From Gemmatimonadales bacterium (GTDB lineage: Bacteria > Gemmatimonadota > Gemmatimonadetes > Gemmatimonadales > GWC2-71-9), in the NCBI GenBank assembly GCA_050733035.1, contig JBOHSJ010000277.1, forward strand, positions 1 to 52,988: DNA of 52,988 nucleotides, in the 5' to 3' direction. The notes beneath the pieces were generated by a model. The model was not told the DNA's origin. It did no database searches and saw only the letters and a program-made list of their open reading frames with translations. The position numbers were made by a program, and so were the translations under genes. Below, one piece after another: positions 34,115 to 42,075 of this stretch. Each line of letters opens with the position of its first letter. Within the stretch, counting starts at the first letter, position 1.

Positions 34115-36403
34115 CTACGGCCGGAACGTCGGCGTGATCATCTGCTCCGCACCGGTGGTGGGCATCGGCACCGGCGTCGCCGAGCTGACTGGCTGGATGT
34201 AGACCTTGAACGTGGGGTTGCGGCGATTCTGCGGTTCGGCATTGACCACGAGCGCGACGAGATCACCCGCCGGCGATACGGCGAACGATGCGATGGCGAG
34301 ATCGATTCCGGTCAGCGCGGTCACACTCCCCGTCGCAAGATCGGCGCGCATGACTTGCTGCACGGTGCGGTTGCCCTCCCGCCGCTCCACGAGATAGGCG
34401 AGGGTGCCGTCTCGCAGGAAGCGCGGCTCCGATTCGCGCTGCTGGGGAGAGCGCGTGAACTGCCGCTGATTCGAGCCGTCTTTGCCCATGAGCCAGATGT
34501 CGCCGTCTTTGTTACGGGTCGAGACGTACGCGATCGTTTGACCGTCGGGCGACACACTCGGCGACGAATTGACCGAGTCACGCGTGAGCTGCGTCAGGCC
34601 TGTCCCATCCACATTCACCACCCAGATCTGTTGCTTTCCGGCGGTACGCGAAGAATGAAAGACGAGCGACTGCCCGTCCGGCATGAACGCCGGCCGTCCG
34701 TCGGTGAGCGGGTCGGTGGTCACCCGCGTCGTGCCCGTTCCATCGGCATTCATCACGTAGATCTCGGCGTTGCCCACCCCGTCGCGCTGCGAGACGAACG
34801 CGATGCGCGACCCGTCCGGCGAAAACGCCGGATCGCTGGCCGATCCCGTATCGGGCGAGAGCTTCGTCAGCTGCGCGAGATTCGAACGCTCGGCGGTATA
34901 GAGCTGGAACTTGCCCGGACCGGCGCGTGAGCTGGCCACGATGATCTCGCCCACGACATAGATGTCCGCCGCGGCGCTCTTGCCGCCCGGAGCCGACGCC
35001 GACACGCGCGCGTGGCCGTAGCCGGTCCCGGCCACCGTGCCGTCCTCACCCACGGTCGCCACCTGCTGATTGTCCGTGGTCCAGGTGAGATTGGTCGCCG
35101 GGCCGAGCACGTTTCCCTGATCGTCGGCGTAATTGGCGCGCAACGTGTGGCGCGAATTCAGGCCGATTCCAACCCGCGGCTGCGTGAACCGCACGGAACC
35201 CGCAATGACGCTCACATTCCAGCTCACGGCGAGGCCCGAGCCCGGCCCGCGCACGGTGAGCTGTGTCTTGCCGACGGCGCGGCCGGTCAGCGTGCGGGTC
35301 TGCGGGTCGAAGCTGGCGATCGCGGGATCGGCGACGCTCCAGCGCAGTGGCGCCTCGGGGACCGGAGCGTTTTCCGCCGTCAATGCTTGGGTCTCGAACT
35401 TCGCCGTGCCGGTGAGGGGAACCTGGACTTCTTCTCGAGCAGTCGGACGCACCAGCAACTTGGCGACGACCTGGTGCACCGCGACTTCGATCGTCTTGCT
35501 CTGCAGCAGGCCCGAAACCGTGAGGCTCGCCTTGCCCGGGCCCGCGGCAGTCACCACACCGGCGAGGCTGACCCGCGCGACACTCTGATCGCTCGAGGCC
35601 CACTGGAGCACGAGGGGATTGACGGTGCGATTGCTTTGCGTCGCGACGATCACGTGCAAGGTGTCTACCTCGCCCGGCGACATCCCCAGGGGCGATCCCT
35701 CGCGCACGGTGAATTCCGCCTGTTGCACCACGACCGGCGCCGTCGCCGTCAGTCCGCCTGCTGCCGTCACCTGGATTGTGCCTTGACCAGGCGCCAACGC
35801 TACGACATTCCCGCTCTGATCGACGCTCGCCACGTCGGACCGGAGCGACGTCCACGTAACGCTCATCGGCGCGGCGGGGGAGCCGTCATCGCGCAGCGCC
35901 CGCGGTGAAACGCGCGTGTTCTCGGAGGGCAACAGGTAGACCACTCCAGGCTCAAGTCGCAGGGCGGCGGCGGGACCGCTGCCCGCGGGCTGACCCGCTA
36001 GCGGGTCGAAGCCAGGCGTGCCGGGCGGGGCGGCCGGAGGCGGTGGGCCTGCGGGAGGGGCCGGGGGGGGCTGCGCCGCACCGCTTCCCCCGGTTACCTG
36101 GATGGCGGCCTGGCCCCGGCGGGCCCCCACCCGGGCCTCGATAATGGCGACGCCATTGGAGACACCCGTCACAGTGCCGGTGTTGTCGACTCTGGCGATG
36201 TTGAGGTTGTTGGACGACCAGATGATCCGCACCGTCGGAATCACGTTCCCGATGCGATCGAACGCCGTCGCGAGGAGGCCGGTGCGTTCCCCGACGCGAA
36301 TGTTGACGGACGGAGGCGCGACCTGCACTTCGGCGACGTTCTGCGCGCCGGCGGCGCCCGGAAGTACGAGCGCCAGCGCCGCGATGAGCCCGCGTCTAGT
36401 CAT
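34115..36403 (-). CDS. secreted protein with N-terminal bacterial Ig-like (Big_2) repeats, Pro-rich linker and C-terminal TolB-like beta-propeller
   Basis: Signal MTRRGLIAALALVLPGAAGAQ. Repeated Big_2-like units (..ARVDNTGTVTGVSNGVAIIEA.., ..ASVDQSGNVVALAPGQGTIQV..). PD40 repeats (SPDGSRIAFVSQRDG..IYVMNADGTG, MPDGQSLVFHSSR..IWVVNVDGTG, SPDGQTIAYVSTR..IWLMGKDGSN). Confidence 0.8.
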   Translation of the reverse strand: MTRRGLIAALALVLPGAAGAQNVAEVQVAPPSVNIRVGERTGLLATAFDRIGNVIPTVRIIWSSNNLNIARVDNTGTVTGVSNGVAIIEARVGARRGQAAIQVTGGSGAAQPPPAPPAGPPPPAAPPGTPGFDPLAGQPAGSGPAAALRLEPGVVYLLPSENTRVSPRALRDDGSPAAPMSVTWTSLRSDVASVDQSGNVVALAPGQGTIQVTAAGGLTATAPVVVQQAEFTVREGSPLGMSPGEVDTLHVIVATQSNRTVNPLVLQWASSDQSVARVSLAGVVTAAGPGKASLTVSGLLQSKTIEVAVHQVVAKLLVRPTAREEVQVPLTGTAKFETQALTAENAPVPEAPLRWSVADPAIASFDPQTRTLTGRAVGKTQLTVRGPGSGLAVSWNVSVIAGSVRFTQPRVGIGLNSRHTLRANYADDQGNVLGPATNLTWTTDNQQVATVGEDGTVAGTGYGHARVSASAPGGKSAAADIYVVGEIIVASSRAGPGKFQLYTAERSNLAQLTKLSPDTGSASDPAFSPDGSRIAFVSQRDGVGNAEIYVMNADGTGTTRVTTDPLTDGRPAFMPDGQSLVFHSSRTAGKQQIWVVNVDGTGLTQLTRDSVNSSPSVSPDGQTIAYVSTRNKDGDIWLMGKDGSNQRQFTRSPQQRESEPRFLRDGTLAYLVERREGNRTVQQVMRADLATGSVTALTGIDLAIASFAVSPAGDLVALVVNAEPQNRRNPTFKVYIQPVSSATPVPMPTTGAEQMITPTFRP

Positions 36404-36576
36404 GGCTGGCGAATGTGTGTCCGGCTAAATGGCGTTGTCAAGCCAACTTGTCACAATCGACCACGGAACATGAGCCCTAAAACGCGGTTGCGCGTGTCAC
36501 TTGCGAGGTCCAAATCCCGCGGTAAGCTATAGGCCACCCAGCCGCCCCCGCACCTTATCAGCATAGGAGAGATCCG

Positions 36577-36822
36577 ATGCTTGAGCAGATGGATTCAACG
36601 GAGAGTAGTTGGCCCGGACCGGGGTTCATGGAGCCGATGTTTCCCTCGGCACCCACGCCAGCGCCCACCCCATCGATGCCGATGGAAGAGTCGCGCTCCT
36701 CTTCCAAGCCGAAGGCAAAGAAGAAGAAGAAAAAGAAAGCCGCCAAGAAGGCGCGGCCTAAGGCACGGAAGAAGACGGCGAAGAAAAAGAAGAAGGCGAC
36801 CAAGAAGAAACGCCGTCGGTAA
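36577..36822 (+). CDS. small (81 aa) protein with acidic/Pro-rich N-half and poly-lysine C-half (histone H1-like low-complexity tail)
   Basis: AGGAGAG lies 5 nt before the ATG, and a strong hairpin follows the stop. The C-terminus is KPKAKKKKKKKAAKKARPKARKKTAKKKKKATKKKRRR. The antisense ORF would be poly-Phe with no RBS. Confidence 0.6.
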   Translation: MLEQMDSTESSWPGPGFMEPMFPSAPTPAPTPSMPMEESRSSSKPKAKKKKKKKAAKKARPKARKKTAKKKKKATKKKRRR

Positions 36823-36840
36823 ACCAGCTCGCTACGACAC

Positions 36841-36873
36841 CCGCGGGAGCGTCTCGACGAGGCGCTCCCGCGG
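36841..36873 (+). terminator. GC-rich hairpin (15-bp stem with one G-U, 3-nt loop) downstream of the Lys-rich gene; putative terminator without U-tract
   Basis: The sequence is CCGCGGGAGCGTCTC-GAC-GAGGCGCTCCCGCGG. It lies 19 nt after the stop at 36822 and just upstream of the AAGGAGG RBS of the next gene. Confidence 0.5.
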
Positions 36874-36893
36874 CCACGTTAAGGAGGTGCGTC

Positions 36894-37349
36894 GTGCGTC
36901 GTACGTCGTACGTGGTTGCCCTTTCAATGCTCAGCGCTTGCTCCGCTCCGCGTGTTCAGCTCGGCAATCCGCAGGAGGAGATCGGCGCGATGCTGCAGCG
37001 CTCGGCCGCCGATTGGAATCGCGGCGATCTCGACGGCTTCATGAGGGATTACGCCAAGGACTCTCTCACGAGCTACATGGCGGGCGCCCATGTGCAGTAC
37101 GGCTGGCAGCCATTGTATGACCGGTATCAACGAAACTACTTCGCGCCCGGGAAATCCCGCGACTCACTTTCATTCGACGAGCTGCGGGTGCGCGTGCTGA
37201 CTCTGGACCTGGCGTTCGCCACGGCGCGCTTCAAGCTCTCGCGAGGCGATTCCGTGGTTGCGAGCGGACCGTTTACGCTCGTGCTGCAGAGGGAGGGCGA
37301 TCGTTGGCGTATTCTCCACGATCACACATCACCCGATCCGAAACCGTGA
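36894..37349 (+). CDS. SnoaL-like / DUF4440 (NTF2-fold) lipoprotein
   Basis: AAGGAGG lies 7 nt before the GTG. Lipobox-like ALSMLSAC. Motifs ADWNRGDLDGFM and GDRWRILHDH are typical of NTF2-like DUF4440. Confidence 0.65.
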   Translation: MRRTSYVVALSMLSACSAPRVQLGNPQEEIGAMLQRSAADWNRGDLDGFMRDYAKDSLTSYMAGAHVQYGWQPLYDRYQRNYFAPGKSRDSLSFDELRVRVLTLDLAFATARFKLSRGDSVVASGPFTLVLQREGDRWRILHDHTSPDPKP

Positions 37350-38686
37350 AATACCTCGCGCTGCTGCTGCTGATTGCCGGCTGTGGGAAGATCCAGTCCG
37401 GCGACCACGTCATCGCCCTGGAGGGCGCGACGCTGATTGACGGCACCGGCGGCGACCCGAAACCGGACGCGGTCATCATCATCCGCAACGGCCACATCGA
37501 GGCCATCGCCCGCGTCAATCAGATCTCCATTCCCCGGAGCGCCGAGCGAATCAACCTCGTCGGCAAGACCATCATCCCCGGTTTGATCGACGCCCATGCC
37601 CATGTGGAGCGGTGGGCGGCGGCACGGTACGTCGCCTGGGGTGTCACGACGGTTCGCGATCTCCACGGTGGGACCGACTCCGTCGTCGCGCTGAAGAACG
37701 CGATGAATCTCGGATCGATCACGGGGCCGCGCATGTTCGTCGCGGGCGCGATGATCGACGGCGTCCCGCCGACGTACCCCAACGCGGACGGCGTCGCCAC
37801 CGCGGATCAGGCGCGTCGCGCGGTGGACCGGCACGCGGTCGCCGGCGTGGACTATCTCAAGGTCTACACGAAGATCACGCCGGCCCTGCTCCGCCCCCTG
37901 CTCGACGAGGCCGAGAAGCTGCGCCTGCCCGTCGCGGCGCACCTGGGCAGGACCGATGCGCTGACCGCGGCACGCGCCGGCGTCGTCTCCATCGAACACC
38001 TGGCGGGCGTGGTCCAGGCCGCGACCGGCAACCCGATGTATGCGAGCGCCCATAGCAGCTTCCTCGCAGGGTGGACCACCGAGGAAAAGGGCTGGGCGGG
38101 GCTCGATTCCAGCGCGGTCGCGCGCACGGCGCGCTCCCTCGCGGAGACGAAGGTCACCCTCGTGCCGACGCTGGTCGTGCACGACATGCTGTCGCGGCTC
38201 GACAATCCGATCCTGCTGAGCCGCCCCGGAATGGAAGACGTGCCCGACAATGCGCAGAGTGTTCGCAGCGTGCCGAGCCTGCTGCAGCGCACCGGCTGGC
38301 GCTCGGGCGACTTCGAGGCGTTTCGCCGCTCGCGGCGGCGCCAGGATCAATTCGTCCGCGAGTACAAGCGCGCCGGCGGCCCGATCGCCGCCGGCTCGGA
38401 CGCCGCAAACCAGCTGCTCATACCCGGGTATTCGCTGCACGAGGAGCTGTCGCTGCTGGTGGCGGCGGGTTTGAGTCCGCTCGACGCGATCATCGCCGCG
38501 ACGCGGCGTGGGGCGCAGCTGCTGCATGCCGATTCGCTCGGCGTGGTGGCCACCGGCAAGGTCGCCGATCTGGTCGTGCTCAACGCCAATCCCGCGAAGA
38601 ACATCAATGCGACGCGCCAAATCGCCATGGTCATTCTGCGTGGCCGGGTGATCGACCCTGATTCCCTGAGAGCCACATGGAAATGA
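37346..38686 (+). CDS. metal-dependent amidohydrolase lipoprotein (COG1228-type)
   Basis: GTG at 37346 overlaps the upstream stop (GTGA) and gives VKYLALLLLIAGCGK (lipobox). Motifs IPGLIDAHAHV, AAHLG and GSDAAN. Confidence 0.8.
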   Translation: MKYLALLLLIAGCGKIQSGDHVIALEGATLIDGTGGDPKPDAVIIIRNGHIEAIARVNQISIPRSAERINLVGKTIIPGLIDAHAHVERWAAARYVAWGVTTVRDLHGGTDSVVALKNAMNLGSITGPRMFVAGAMIDGVPPTYPNADGVATADQARRAVDRHAVAGVDYLKVYTKITPALLRPLLDEAEKLRLPVAAHLGRTDALTAARAGVVSIEHLAGVVQAATGNPMYASAHSSFLAGWTTEEKGWAGLDSSAVARTARSLAETKVTLVPTLVVHDMLSRLDNPILLSRPGMEDVPDNAQSVRSVPSLLQRTGWRSGDFEAFRRSRRRQDQFVREYKRAGGPIAAGSDAANQLLIPGYSLHEELSLLVAAGLSPLDAIIAATRRGAQLLHADSLGVVATGKVADLVVLNANPAKNINATRQIAMVILRGRVIDPDSLRATWK

Positions 38687-40377
38687 GACTGCGACTCCTC
38701 TTCCTATTAGTTCTCACCGGCTGCGGGATGGGGACCCCAGCACGCAACGATGGCCTCCATGACCTCATCCTGAAGGGCGGCTGGATCGTGGATGGCAGCG
38801 GCAATCCACGGTACGGCGGCGACGTCGCCGTCAACGGCGACCGCATCGCCGCGGTGGGACATCTGCGCGGCGCAGCGGCGCGCGACACGATCGATGTGAC
38901 GGGCCTCATCATCGCGCCCGGATTCGTCGACATGCTCGGCCAGTCCGAGACCAACGTCCTCATCGACAACCGCGTCCTCAGCAAGGTGACACAGGGAATC
39001 ACGACCGAGGTCACGGGAGAAGGCGACTCGCCGGCACCGCTGACCGACAAGCTGGTAGCGCTCGACTCCGCGTACCTGCGACGCTACAAGCTCGACGTGG
39101 ATTGGCGCGATCTGGACGGCTATTTCCGGCGCCTGGAGCGCACCGGCTCCACGGTCAACATCGCCACCTTCGTCGGCGCGACGCAGGTGCGTCGCGCGGT
39201 GATTGGGGACGAGGACCGGCGCGCAACGCAGCAGGAGCTGGAGCGCATGCAAACGCTCGTGGACACGGCCATGCAGCAGGGCGCGCTCGGTGTGTCCACG
39301 TCGCTGATCTACGCCCCGGCGATTTACGCGCCGACGACCGAGCTCATTGCGCTGGCACGCATCGCTCGCCGCTATGGCGGGATCTACGCCACCCACATGC
39401 GCAACGAGGGAGCCGGCATCGATGGGGCGCTGGACGAGACACTCGAGATTGCGCGCGCGGCGAACATTCCTGTCGAGATCTGGCATCTCAAGGTCTCGGG
39501 CCGGCCCAACTGGGGCCGCATGCCGCACGTGCTTGCGCGCATCGACTCGGCGCGCGCCGCGGGCATCGACGTCACGGCCGATCAGTACTCCTACATCGCG
39601 TCCGCGACATCGCTGGACGCCACGATTCCCGTGTGGGCGCTCTCGGGCGGACGTGATTCGCTGCTCATCCGCCTGCGCGACCGCAATACGCGGGCACGCA
39701 TCCGCGAGGAGATGATCGGGACGGCGGCGGCGAAACGCGGCGAGAACATGTGGCGGGGCGCGGACGGCGCGAACGGCATTCTGATCGCCAGCACGTTCGA
39801 GGACTCGCTCAAATACCTCCAGGGCAAGCGCGTCGGCGAGGTCGCGCGGGCCCGCGGCCGCGATCCCGTCGAGACGCTGTTCGACATTCTATTGGCCGAT
39901 CACAGCCGGACGGGCGCGATCTACTTCTCGATGAACGAGCAGGATCTGCAGGCGGCGATGCGCACCTGGTGGGTGGCGGTCAACACCGACTACGGCGGCG
40001 TCGCGCCCGACGGCCCGTTCGGGGACATCCGCCCGCACCCGCGCACGTATGGCTCGTTCACGCGTATCCTCGGCCGCTACGTGCGTGAGCAGAAGCTGAT
40101 GACGCTCGAGTACGCCGTGCGGAAAATGACGTCACTCGCGACGCAACGCGTCGGGCTCACCGACCGCGGGCTGATCCGTCCCGGCATGTTCGCCGACATC
40201 ACCGTGTTCAACCCTGCGACCGTGATCGATCGCGCGACGTTCGAAAACCCGCACCAGCCGTCCGTGGGGATCGAGTACGTCCTCGTGAACGGGCAGGTCG
40301 TGTTGCGCAAGGGGCAGCTCACCAGCGCACGCCCGGGCCGCGGGCTGCGAGGTCCTGGCTACCGGCAGTCCCGCTAG
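38677..40377 (+). CDS. N-acyl-D-amino-acid deacylase (D-aminoacylase) family amidohydrolase lipoprotein
   Basis: N-terminus M(EM)RLRLLFLLVLTGCG (lipobox); an alternative ATG at 38683 forms an ATGA overlap. Motifs GGWIVDGSGNP, IAPGFVDMLGQSE, ATHMRNEG, EIWHLK and DRGLIRPGMFADITVF. Confidence 0.85.
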   Translation: MEMRLRLLFLLVLTGCGMGTPARNDGLHDLILKGGWIVDGSGNPRYGGDVAVNGDRIAAVGHLRGAAARDTIDVTGLIIAPGFVDMLGQSETNVLIDNRVLSKVTQGITTEVTGEGDSPAPLTDKLVALDSAYLRRYKLDVDWRDLDGYFRRLERTGSTVNIATFVGATQVRRAVIGDEDRRATQQELERMQTLVDTAMQQGALGVSTSLIYAPAIYAPTTELIALARIARRYGGIYATHMRNEGAGIDGALDETLEIARAANIPVEIWHLKVSGRPNWGRMPHVLARIDSARAAGIDVTADQYSYIASATSLDATIPVWALSGGRDSLLIRLRDRNTRARIREEMIGTAAAKRGENMWRGADGANGILIASTFEDSLKYLQGKRVGEVARARGRDPVETLFDILLADHSRTGAIYFSMNEQDLQAAMRTWWVAVNTDYGGVAPDGPFGDIRPHPRTYGSFTRILGRYVREQKLMTLEYAVRKMTSLATQRVGLTDRGLIRPGMFADITVFNPATVIDRATFENPHQPSVGIEYVLVNGQVVLRKGQLTSARPGRGLRGPGYRQSR

Positions 40378-40378
40378 T

Positions 40379-40756
40379 GTGACACTCGGGCGGCTGATCG
40401 TCGCGTGGCTGCCGGTCGCCGTGCTGTTCGCGGTCGCCCCGCCCATCGGATACCGCTGGGACCTGCCGCCCGACGAGCGCGCTCTCACGTGGACGGTCAA
40501 TCGGTGGGAAATCGGTTGGCGCGTCGCTGAAGCAGGAGTGGTCACGCTGTTTGCTTCGCTGTGGTTCGACTCGCTGGGCGCCGGCGGGTGGTGGCTGCTC
40601 TTCTTGCTCGTCGGTCTGCTCGTGGCATTCCCCCGGCGGCTCGTGATGTGGCAGCACGTGGAGCGGTTGCGACGCCGCCACTTGCTGTTCCATGCGCTCG
40701 CCGATGTCGGTCGCTACGTCATCGCTGGTGGCCTGCTCGCCCGGTTGCTTTCGTAG
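40379..40756 (+). CDS. hypothetical membrane protein (3-4 TM)
   Basis: GTG lies 1 nt after the upstream stop. Hydrophobic segments (LIVAWLPVAVLFAV, GVVTLFASLWF, WWLLFLLVGLLVAF, YVIAGGLLARLL). No family recognised. Confidence 0.5.
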   Translation: MTLGRLIVAWLPVAVLFAVAPPIGYRWDLPPDERALTWTVNRWEIGWRVAEAGVVTLFASLWFDSLGAGGWWLLFLLVGLLVAFPRRLVMWQHVERLRRRHLLFHALADVGRYVIAGGLLARLLS

Positions 40757-40773
40757 CTATCTTCGCAGGACTC

Positions 40774-41820
40774 ATGACAACGATTCGACTGACTGCGCTC
40801 TCGCACGGCGCCGGCTGAGCCTGCAAGCTCGGCCCTGCCGAGTTGGCGCAGGTCTTGCGCCACGTGCCGACCCTCACGGACCCACGCATCCTGGTCGATG
40901 CTTCGACGCGGGACGACGCCGCGGTGTATCAAATCGCGCCGGATCGCGCGATCGTCGCGACGGTGGACTTCTTCACACCGATCGTGGACGACGCGTACGA
41001 CTTCGGACGCATCGCGGCGGCCAACGCGTTCTCCGACGTTTACGCGATGGGCGCCACGCCGCTGCTCGCGCTCAATCTCGTCGGCTGGCCGCGTGAGACA
41101 TTGCCCTACGAGCTCCTCGGGGACGTGCTGCGCGGCGGTGCGGACGTCGCGAAGGAGGCGGGCGCGTTCGTCCTCGGCGGTCACTCGGTGGACGACCCCG
41201 AGCCCAAATACGGCATGGTCGTGATCGGCGAAGTGCATCCCAACCGCGTCATCACACTCGCGCGCGCGCGCGCGGGTGACGTGCTCGTCCTGACCAAACC
41301 GATCGGGACGGGGGTACTCACGACAGCTTTGAAGCGAGATCTGCTCTCCGCGGCCGACTTGGCGCCCGCCGTCACATCGATGACGACGCTGAATGCCGGC
41401 GCCGCGCGTGCGATGCGCGCCACCGGTGGCGGTGTCCACGCCGCGACCGATGTCACCGGCTTTGGCCTGCTCGGTCACCTGCACAACATGGTATCCGCCA
41501 GCGGCATATCCGCCGAGCTCGAGGCGGCGTCCGTCCCGCTCTTGCCGAAGGCGCTCGAGCTCGCCGCGGGCGGCGCGATACCCGGCGGCACCAAGCGCAA
41601 CCGCGAGGCGCTGGCGGCACACGTGACGTTCGGTGCCGCGGTTCCGGAACCGCTGCGCGTGTTGCTGTTCGACGCCCAGACGTCGGGCGGGCTCCTCATT
41701 GCCGTGGACGCGGATCGCGTGAACACGCTGCTCGCCGCGCTGGAGCGCGAGGCGACGCCGGCCGCCGTGCGCATCGGCCGGCTGGCGCGGGGAGTGGCCG
41801 GCGCGATTTCGGTGAACTGA
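40774..41820 (+). CDS. selD: selenide, water dikinase (selenophosphate synthetase) with in-frame UGA selenocysteine codon at 40816-40818
   Basis: ATG 40774 gives MTTIRLTALSHGAG-[TGA]-ACKLGPAELAQVLRHVP... in a single frame. It aligns with E. coli SelD [20 protein letters not shown], placing the TGA at the Cys17 position. The rest (RDDAAVY, VDFFTPIVDD, DFGRIAAANAFSDVYAMG, GGHS, TKPIGTG, TDVTGFGLLGH, DAQTSGGLL) is canonical SelD. Confidence 0.9.
40844..40862 (+). promoter_or_regulatory. putative bacterial SECIS apical stem-loop (UGGCGCA-GGUCU-UGCGCCA)
   Basis: 7-bp perfect stem with a GGUCU loop. The loop begins 35 nt downstream of the U of the UGA, and a second small hairpin (CUCGGC-CCU-GCCGAG, 40828-40842) precedes it. 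The loop resembles the GGUC apical loop of the E. coli fdhF SECIS. Confidence 0.6.
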
Positions 41821-42062
41821 TGCACGTGCCTCAGGTTCCCGAATTCCGCTCCCTGACTCCCGATGCCCTGGACGCGCTGGAGCGCGCGGTACGGGAGCAT
41901 CGCCGGGTAGCGCTGCGGCGCCGGGGCACCGAATATGTCGTGGTGGCTGAGCGCCTCGAAACGAGCGGGCGAGATGACGTGCTGGCGGGACGGCTCCCGA
42001 TGACCGGTGAGCTGCTGACGTTCCGGCTGCGTGATCTGGAGAGCTTCGCGGTGCTGCCGTAG
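41820..42062 (+). CDS. hypothetical 80-aa protein translationally coupled to selD
   Basis: The ATG shares a base with the selD stop (TGATG). No TM or signal peptide and no recognisable motif. Confidence 0.45.
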   Translation: MHVPQVPEFRSLTPDALDALERAVREHRRVALRRRGTEYVVVAERLETSGRDDVLAGRLPMTGELLTFRLRDLESFAVLP

Positions 42063-42075
42063 CACTGCCCCTATC

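Noticed and set aside
36001-36075. Very G-rich plus-strand stretch (GGGCGGGGCGGCCGGAGGCGGTGGG...GGGGGGGG) that might be flagged as a repeat or G4 element
   Set aside because: It is the template strand of the Pro/Ala-rich linker (PPPAPPAGPPPPAAPPGTPG) of the Big_2/TolB-like protein. It has no unit periodicity, unlike the octamer arrays, so composition is explained by the codons.
36558-36803. Minus-strand 81-aa ORF encoding poly-phenylalanine (MVAFFFFFAVFF...), the mirror of the Lys-rich gene
   Set aside because: It has no RBS. It is the complement of an AAG/AAA-rich coding strand that has its own SD and terminator. Poly-Phe is implausible as a product.
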